DNA of 64,000 nucleotides from an uncultured cyanobacterium (GTDB lineage Bacteria; Cyanobacteriota; Cyanobacteriia; PCC-6307; Cyanobiaceae): NCBI GenBank assembly GCA_963697335.1, contig CAVONQ010000008.1, positions 32,001 to 96,000 of the forward strand, read 5' to 3'. Shown piece by piece: positions 58,272 to 64,000 of this stretch (position 1 is its first letter; each line of letters starts with the position of its first letter). The notes under the pieces were generated by a model. It saw only the letters and a program-made list of their open reading frames with translations, ran no database searches and was not told where the DNA came from. The position numbers and the translations under genes were made by a program.

Positions 58272-61200
58272 GGTGCTGTCACCGTACCCAGCACCACGCG
58301 GGAGCCCCGCTCCGAGGCGATCACCTCCAGCCCGCAGCGAATCCGCTCCCGCAGGGCCCCCACGTGGCTGATCAGGCCGATCATGCGTCCGCCCTCCCGC
58401 AGGCGATCCAGCTCATCCATGGCCAGTTGCAGGCTGTCCGCATCGAGGCTGCCGAACCCCTCGTCGATGAACAGCGTGTCCAGGGCCACGCCACCACTGT
58501 GGGCCTGCACCGTATCCGCCACCCCCAGGGCCAGGGCCAGGGAGGCCTGGAAGGTCTCACCCCCCGACAGGCTCGACACCTCCCGCTCCTCCGCGGTGAA
58601 GGCATCCAGCACCCGCAGGCCGAGGCCCGCCTGGCTGCCGCGCCGCTGGCCGCTGGCATCGGAGAGCCGCAGTTCGTAGCGGCCTGCGGTCATCTGGCCC
58701 AGCCGCTGGTTGGCATAGCCACAGATCTCCTCCAGATAGGCGGAGAGCACCCAGCGCTGCAGGGAGATGTTCGGTTCGCTCCTGCCCTGGCAGCGGGCCG
58801 CCACCCCCTGCACCAGGTCGCTGTGGGTCAGCGCTTCGGCGAGCGCGTTCTCCCCCTGACGATGCCGCGCCACCAGGCCACTGATCCCGGCGCAGGCGGC
58901 TTCGGCGCGGGTGAAGCGGGCCAGGGCGGCTGTTCGGGCCACATCGCTGGCGGCCAGGGCCGCCTCGGCGCCGGCCAGGTCTGGGCTGGTTTCGGGGAGC
59001 TGCTGCAGGGCCGGCTCGGCGAGCACCTTCTGCTGCAGCTGCAGCTCCAGGTCGAACTGCCGCAGACGGGTGGTCCAGTCCTGGCGCTGCTCCGTCGCGG
59101 CGAGGGCCTCGGCCAGGGCGCGGCGATCGGCGAAGTGCGCTGCCGCCAGGTCGGCGTCCAGACGGCGCTGCGCCTCCGCGTCCCGGGCATCCGCCGTGCT
59201 CCCCAGCCGGGCCGCCTCCGCCAGGGCCTCGAAACCCGCCCGCAGCGCCAGGACCTCCTCGAGCAGGGGGCCGGGGTCCAGGTTGCCCCCCAGGCTCTGG
59301 AGCAGCCGGGCCTGCAACGCGGCGGCGTGCTGCTGTTGCTGGGCCAGCCGCTCCCGGTGGCTGCCGCCTTCCTCCCGCAGCTCCTCCAGCCGCTGGCGGT
59401 AGCGCTTCAGCCGCAGTTCGACGCCGGCGAAGTCCTGCTCCAGCTGCGGCAGCGCCTTGGCGTCCAGCTGGGCCTTGCTGAGGGCCGCCTGGGCCGTCGC
59501 CCAGGCCTGCTGGGCAGGCCCGGTGTCAGGGTTGTTGCCCCAACCCAGCTGCCGCAGCTGGGCCTCCAGGCCCTCCAGCAGCGCCTGCTGCCGCGCCTGG
59601 CTGCTGCGGGCTTCTGAAAGCGCCTGGGTGGCCAGCTCCAGCTGGCGCTCCGCCGCCTGCATGGCCTGATCAGCCACCGCATCGGCCTGCTCCGCCGCCG
59701 GCTGGGGATGGTCCAGGGAGCCACAGACCGGGCAGGCCTCGCCGGTCCGCAGGCCTGCGGCCAGGCGGGCCGCCATGCCCTGGAGCTGCCGTTCGCGCAG
59801 GTCCAGCTGGTGACCACGCGCCTGCTGTTGCCGCGCTTCCGCCTTCAGGACATCCCCTGCAGTGCTCCCCAGCTGCTTCTGGGCCTGTTGCCACTGCTGC
59901 AGGGTCTGGGTGAGGGCCTGGGCCGCCCTGGCCCTCTGCTCCAGCCCCGCCAGTCCATCCCGGGCGGAGCGGCAGACCTGCAGCCGCTCCAGCAGGCTGG
60001 TGCGACCCTGCTCCTGCTCGGCCACCTTCTCCTCGCCCTGGCGGCTGCGGTCCGTGGCCTCCTGGAGGGCCCGGCTCACCTCCTGAATCGTCTGCCGGGC
60101 CTGGTGGGCCTCCCCAGCCAGCAGCAGCAGCTGTTCCAGCTCCCGCTCCCGGGCGGCGAGCAGGTTGAGGCTGCCGGTGAGGACCCTGGGCTCGGGACAC
60201 TGCTGCAGATCCAGCTGGGCCAGGGCTTCTGGCAGCTGCTGGGCCCGATCCCGCTGGTGCCGCACCTTGTCGAGCTGCTCAGCGCAGCTCCTGGCCGCCT
60301 GGTCCAGCTGCTGCTGGGCGGCGGCGGCGGCCTCCAGGCTGGCGCGCACGGCCTCGGCGCGCTCGGCGCGCTCAAGCACTTGCCTCAGGGCGGTGATCGC
60401 TGGCAGCTCCTGCTCCAGGGCCTGCAGCCGCAGGCGAGCCAGCTGGCGCCGTTGCCACTGCTCCAGCTGGCTGCGGCAGTCCCCCAGGGCGCACTGGCTG
60501 CGGCTGAAGGCCGCATCTGCCGCTGAAAGCTGCTCCCTGGCCTGCCGTAGCAGGCTCTCCATGGCGCCCTTTACGGCATCGAGGTCAGGGGGGGCACCAT
60601 CGGTGCGTGCCAGCTCCTGCGCCGATTCCAACTGCCAGGGCGCCCAGGCCTCGGCGATCTGGCTGAGGGTGTGCTGCTGCTGGCTCTGACGCTGCTCCAG
60701 CTGCTCCCGGGCCTGCCTGGCCTGCTCCGTGAGCCACTCCGTGGCCCGTTGATAGAGGGCCGTGTCGAAGAGGGTCTTGAGCAGGGTTTCGCGCTCCTCG
60801 GGCCTGGCCCGCAGCACATCCGCGAAGCGACCCTGGGGCAGCAGGATCACCTGCCGGAACTGGGCGGCGTCCAGCCCGACCAGCCGTCCGACCTCGCGCC
60901 CCACCTCGGCGATCCCGGAGGCCACCGGTTGCCGCTCCTCCCCCTGGCAGCGCCAGAGGGTGGCCCGGGCGGGCTTGCTGGTGGTGCCCTCGCCGCGGCT
61001 CTTGGCCACCTCGCAGGCGGCCTGCCGCTCCACCCGCCAGCGTCCTCCGGCGGCGGAGAACTCCAGCGCCACCTGGGGGATGGCCTGGGGCGGGGCATGG
61101 TCGGAGCGCAGGCCCTTGACGCTGCGCTCACCACTGACATCGCCGTAGAGGGCAAAGCAGAGGGCATCGAGCAGGTAGGTCTTGCCGGCGCCGGTGCTGC

Positions 61201-61303
61201 CGTGGATCAGGAACAGGCCATCGCGGGAGAGGGCATCGAAGGGGATCGTCACCGCCTCGGCGTAGGGCCCGAAGGCCTGCATTTCCAGCTGGTGGGGCCT
61301 CAA
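58268..61303 (-). CDS. sbcC: SbcC/Rad50 SMC-like ATPase
   Basis: AFGPY, GSTGAGKT, LPQGRF, zinc hook CPVCGS, LSGGE, FIDEGFGSLD, ISHV. Confidence 0.95.
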   Translation of the reverse strand: MRPHQLEMQAFGPYAEAVTIPFDALSRDGLFLIHGSTGAGKTYLLDALCFALYGDVSGERSVKGLRSDHAPPQAIPQVALEFSAAGGRWRVERQAACEVAKSRGEGTTSKPARATLWRCQGEERQPVASGIAEVGREVGRLVGLDAAQFRQVILLPQGRFADVLRARPEERETLLKTLFDTALYQRATEWLTEQARQAREQLEQRQSQQQHTLSQIAEAWAPWQLESAQELARTDGAPPDLDAVKGAMESLLRQAREQLSAADAAFSRSQCALGDCRSQLEQWQRRQLARLRLQALEQELPAITALRQVLERAERAEAVRASLEAAAAAQQQLDQAARSCAEQLDKVRHQRDRAQQLPEALAQLDLQQCPEPRVLTGSLNLLAARERELEQLLLLAGEAHQARQTIQEVSRALQEATDRSRQGEEKVAEQEQGRTSLLERLQVCRSARDGLAGLEQRARAAQALTQTLQQWQQAQKQLGSTAGDVLKAEARQQQARGHQLDLRERQLQGMAARLAAGLRTGEACPVCGSLDHPQPAAEQADAVADQAMQAAERQLELATQALSEARSSQARQQALLEGLEAQLRQLGWGNNPDTGPAQQAWATAQAALSKAQLDAKALPQLEQDFAGVELRLKRYRQRLEELREEGGSHRERLAQQQQHAAALQARLLQSLGGNLDPGPLLEEVLALRAGFEALAEAARLGSTADARDAEAQRRLDADLAAAHFADRRALAEALAATEQRQDWTTRLRQFDLELQLQQKVLAEPALQQLPETSPDLAGAEAALAASDVARTAALARFTRAEAACAGISGLVARHRQGENALAEALTHSDLVQGVAARCQGRSEPNISLQRWVLSAYLEEICGYANQRLGQMTAGRYELRLSDASGQRRGSQAGLGLRVLDAFTAEEREVSSLSGGETFQASLALALGVADTVQAHSGGVALDTLFIDEGFGSLDADSLQLAMDELDRLREGGRMIGLISHVGALRERIRCGLEVIASERGSRVVLGTVTAP

Positions 61304-62505
61304 CGTTCCCCCGTCCGGTTGGCAGCAGCCAGGGCCTGGCGTAGCAGCTGCTCCTCCGCCGGCAGCGGGGGGCGGCCCTGCTGGTCGGCGAAGAAGGCCA
61401 GCAGGCGCTGTTCCGGACTGCGGGCGGCCCGGATCCGCTGGCTGCGGGCGCTGCTGCTGAGGGTTTCGCCCTCGGGACGCCGGTGCCGCAGTTCCACCAC
61501 GTGGGGGAAGCGCTGCCGCAGCCGCGCCATCGCCTGCTGGGGCAGCAGCGGATCGGTGAGCTCGGCCCGCACCCAGGCCTGCTCGGCGGCGGCCAGATCG
61601 GGATCCCGGAGCAGCTGCTCCAGGCTGCCGCTGAGGCTGCGCAGGGGCCGCCCCACCCCCAGGGGCACCACCTCCACCCTGGGGGTGCCATCGGCGGCGA
61701 GCTCCACCAGCCGCACCGACTTCACGTGGCTCTCCTCCGAGAAGGAGTAGGGCAGGGGGGTGCCGCTGTAGGCGAGGCGAGGGCCATCCAGCTCCTGGGA
61801 GCGGTGCAGGTGGCCCAGGGCCACGTAGTGAAACCCCCCGAATAGGGCCACGGGCACCGCTTCGGCATGGCCCACCGAGAGTTCCCGCTCCGACTCCGAA
61901 CTGGTGCCCCCCGCCACGAAGGCATGGGCCACCAGCACCGAGCGGCTGCCCGGGCGGCGGGCCAGGTCGGCGCGGATGCGGTTGAGGGCCAGCTCGGTGA
62001 CCTCCGGATGGCGCAGGCGCTGGCTGCTGGGGGGCTGCTCCGCCTCCTGTTGCAGTCCGGGTCCATCCAGCAGCGGCTCCAGGTAGGGCAGCGGATAGAT
62101 GGCCACGGGGCTGCCGCCCTGGCGGGGGCTGAGCAGCACGGGTTGATCGGAGCGCTGCCAGCGCCCCCGGATCGTCACCTCCAGGGCCGAGAGCAGCTCG
62201 TCGTACACCGACACGCGCACGTGGGAGTCGTGGTTGCCGGCGATCGCCACCACCGCGGCCCCGTTGCTGCGCAGGCGGGCCACGGTGTCGGTGAACAGGC
62301 GCACCGCCTCCGCCGGCGGGATGGCGCGGTCGTAGAGGTCGCCGGCGATCACCACCAGCTCCACCGCCGCCTCGCGGCTGAGTTCCACCAGCCGGTCCAT
62401 GGCCTCGGCCTGGGCGGCCAGCAGGTCATGGCCGTGGAAGCTGCGGCCCAGATGCCAGTCGGAGGTGTGCAGCAGCCGCACCGCAGGGCCCTCACTCACC
62501 GCCAT
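61300..62505 (-). CDS. sbcD: SbcD/Mre11 nuclease
   Basis: LHTSDWHLG, AGDLYD, AGNHD, YVALGHLH, YSGTPLPYSFSE. Confidence 0.95.
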   Translation of the reverse strand: MAVSEGPAVRLLHTSDWHLGRSFHGHDLLAAQAEAMDRLVELSREAAVELVVIAGDLYDRAIPPAEAVRLFTDTVARLRSNGAAVVAIAGNHDSHVRVSVYDELLSALEVTIRGRWQRSDQPVLLSPRQGGSPVAIYPLPYLEPLLDGPGLQQEAEQPPSSQRLRHPEVTELALNRIRADLARRPGSRSVLVAHAFVAGGTSSESERELSVGHAEAVPVALFGGFHYVALGHLHRSQELDGPRLAYSGTPLPYSFSEESHVKSVRLVELAADGTPRVEVVPLGVGRPLRSLSGSLEQLLRDPDLAAAEQAWVRAELTDPLLPQQAMARLRQRFPHVVELRHRRPEGETLSSSARSQRIRAARSPEQRLLAFFADQQGRPPLPAEEQLLRQALAAANRTGER

Positions 62506-62545
62506 TGTGGAGCCTGCGTCCGCCGGGCCCGGCCCGGCCGTGTCG

Positions 62546-63463
62546 ATGCCGTTGCCCAGTGCGCCGACCAGCCCTTTCGCGCCCCTGCCCCTGGAGGCCC
62601 TGCCACCCCTGCCGCCGCTGCAGCTGGCCGTGGTGGGCCATGTGGAGGTGGTCACGTTTCTGGAGGTGGACAACCTGCCGGCAGCCGGCGAGATCCAGAC
62701 GGCTCGCGGCTGTCTGGAGGTGGCCGCCGGCGGCGGCGCGGTGGTGGCGGTGCAGCTGGCCCGGCTGCTGGGGGCCCCAGTGGCGTTCTTCAGCGCCCTG
62801 GGGCGCGACGGGGCGGGCGAGCGGGCCGGGGCGGAGCTGGCTGCCCTGGGGCTCGACCTGCACATCGCCTGGCGTGACGCCCCCACCCGGCGGGGGGTGA
62901 CCTTCGTGGATGGCAGCGGCGAGCGCACGATCACGGTGATCGGCGAGCGTCTCAACCCCATGGGCGCGGATGCGCTGCCTTGGGATGACCTCGGCCGCTG
63001 CGATGGGGTGTTCGTAACGGCGGCGGATCCGGAGGCCCTGCGGCTCAGCCGCGCCGCCCGGCTGCTGGCTGCCACGCCCCGGGTGCGCCTGCCGCTGCTC
63101 AACCAGGCCGGCGTAGCTCTGGATGCGCTGATCGGCAGTGGCCTCGATCCGGCGGAGCGAGTGGACCCAGGCGCCCTGGTGCCCGCTCCGGGGTTGCGGA
63201 TCGCCACGGCGGGAGCCGCCGGCGGGGAGGCCTGGCCCTTCGGTCCCTTCGCAGCCCCCCCGCGTCGGCGACCGGTGCTGGATGCCTACGGGGCTGGTGA
63301 CTCCTTCGCCGCGGGGGTGACCGCCGGGTTGGCGGCTGGCTGGAGCGTGGCCGAGGCGATCAGCCTCGGCTGCCATTGCGGCAATGCCTGCCTCGACGGA
63401 CGGGGCCCCTACGGCGGCCAGCTGCGGCGCAGCGCCGCCGGCGGTCTTGAGCCCCCCGGTTGA
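62546..63463 (+). CDS. PfkB family carbohydrate kinase
   Basis: GGGAVVAVQLARL, GERTITV, DAYGAGDSFAAG. Confidence 0.9.
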   Translation: MPLPSAPTSPFAPLPLEALPPLPPLQLAVVGHVEVVTFLEVDNLPAAGEIQTARGCLEVAAGGGAVVAVQLARLLGAPVAFFSALGRDGAGERAGAELAALGLDLHIAWRDAPTRRGVTFVDGSGERTITVIGERLNPMGADALPWDDLGRCDGVFVTAADPEALRLSRAARLLAATPRVRLPLLNQAGVALDALIGSGLDPAERVDPGALVPAPGLRIATAGAAGGEAWPFGPFAAPPRRRPVLDAYGAGDSFAAGVTAGLAAGWSVAEAISLGCHCGNACLDGRGPYGGQLRRSAAGGLEPPG

Positions 63464-63493
63464 AGCGTGGATCCGTACCGGGAGCCCGGCCCT

Positions 63494-63958
63494 TCAGGGC
63501 AGCGCCACCAGCACGCCGCCAAGGGCGATCAGGGCCACCCCCAGCCAGCTGCGCCCGCTCAGTTGCTCGCCGAGCACCAGCACGCCCAGCAACGCCACCA
63601 GCACCACGCTGAGCTTGTCGATCGGGGCCACCCGCGCCAGCGGCCCCAGTTGCAGGGCGCGGAAGTAGCAGAGCCAGGAGATGGCGGTGGCCAGGCCCGA
63701 GAGGCCCAGGGCCACCAGGCTTGCCCGCGGCAGGTCGGCCAGGGACTGGCCCTGCAGCTGGCCGCTGGCCAGCAGGCCCACCGCCAGGGCGACCACCACC
63801 ACCAGGGTGCGCAGGAAGGTGGCCAGGTTGGCGTCGATGCCGGCCAGACCAAGCTTGGCCAGCAGGGAGGTGAGGGCGGCGCTCAAGGCGGCCAGCACTG
63901 CCCAGAGTTGCCAGCTGCCCAGCAGGGTCGCCAGCAGTCCGCCACCAGCCGGGGTCAT
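63494..63958 (-). CDS. EamA family transporter (single domain)
   Basis: LAKLGL..IDANLAT, SWLCYFRALQLG, VAPIDKLSVV, LGEQL. Confidence 0.9.
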   Translation of the reverse strand: MTPAGGGLLATLLGSWQLWAVLAALSAALTSLLAKLGLAGIDANLATFLRTLVVVVALAVGLLASGQLQGQSLADLPRASLVALGLSGLATAISWLCYFRALQLGPLARVAPIDKLSVVLVALLGVLVLGEQLSGRSWLGVALIALGGVLVALP

Positions 63959-64000
63959 GGCACCAGGTTGACCAGCTTGCCGGGTACCACGATCACCCGG
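63955..64000 (-). CDS. leuS: Leucine-tRNA ligase, C-terminal end only
   Basis: RVIVVPGKLVNLVP* is the typical LeuRS C-terminus; ATGA overlap with the EamA gene. Confidence 0.8.
   Translation of the reverse strand, partial: RVIVVPGKLVNLVP

Noticed and set aside
113..60526. Many long antisense or alternate-frame ORFs (e.g. 113-1471, 1396-3270, 16031-18193, 21548-24040, 46856-49015, 58364-59617)
   Set aside because: Shadows of recognisable genes; stop codons are rare at this GC content.

Overview
High-GC picocyanobacterial chromosome segment (Cyanobium / freshwater Synechococcus-like, judged from psaK, the DnaK3-type chaperone, the ferredoxins and gene order). Positions 1-37.3 kb are a core backbone: ilvA, dxs, psaK, csaB, bcp, rpmB, htpG, hisZ, suhB, tRNA-Ser, pstCAB, dnaK-dnaJ, murQ, mtnP, ribBA, argC, purN, pgi. 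About 26.7 kb of mostly accessory genes follow, ending at the 3' end of leuS. Most notable observations: (1) a ~1.8 kb islet at the 5' end of htpG bounded by a 16-bp direct repeat of the htpG start, carrying a glycine-rich RTX-like gene, with two diverged copies of a module made of a sigma70 promoter, an overlapping LexA-type box and an unannotated small ORF; (2) an in-frame fusion of a transglutaminase-like protease domain to a malic enzyme, preceded by an unannotated 45-codon ORF; (3) a 2515-bp tandem duplication of bcp'-rpmB-'htpG with mostly synonymous differences; (4) a decayed fragment resembling the N-terminus of a large DEAD/DEAH helicase. Several single-base indels (csaB, DUF819, two hypotheticals) suggest an error-prone assembly, so frame-dependent claims need read-level checks. 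All family assignments come from motif recognition by eye; no searches were run. No CRISPR array, rRNA, integrase or transposase was seen.
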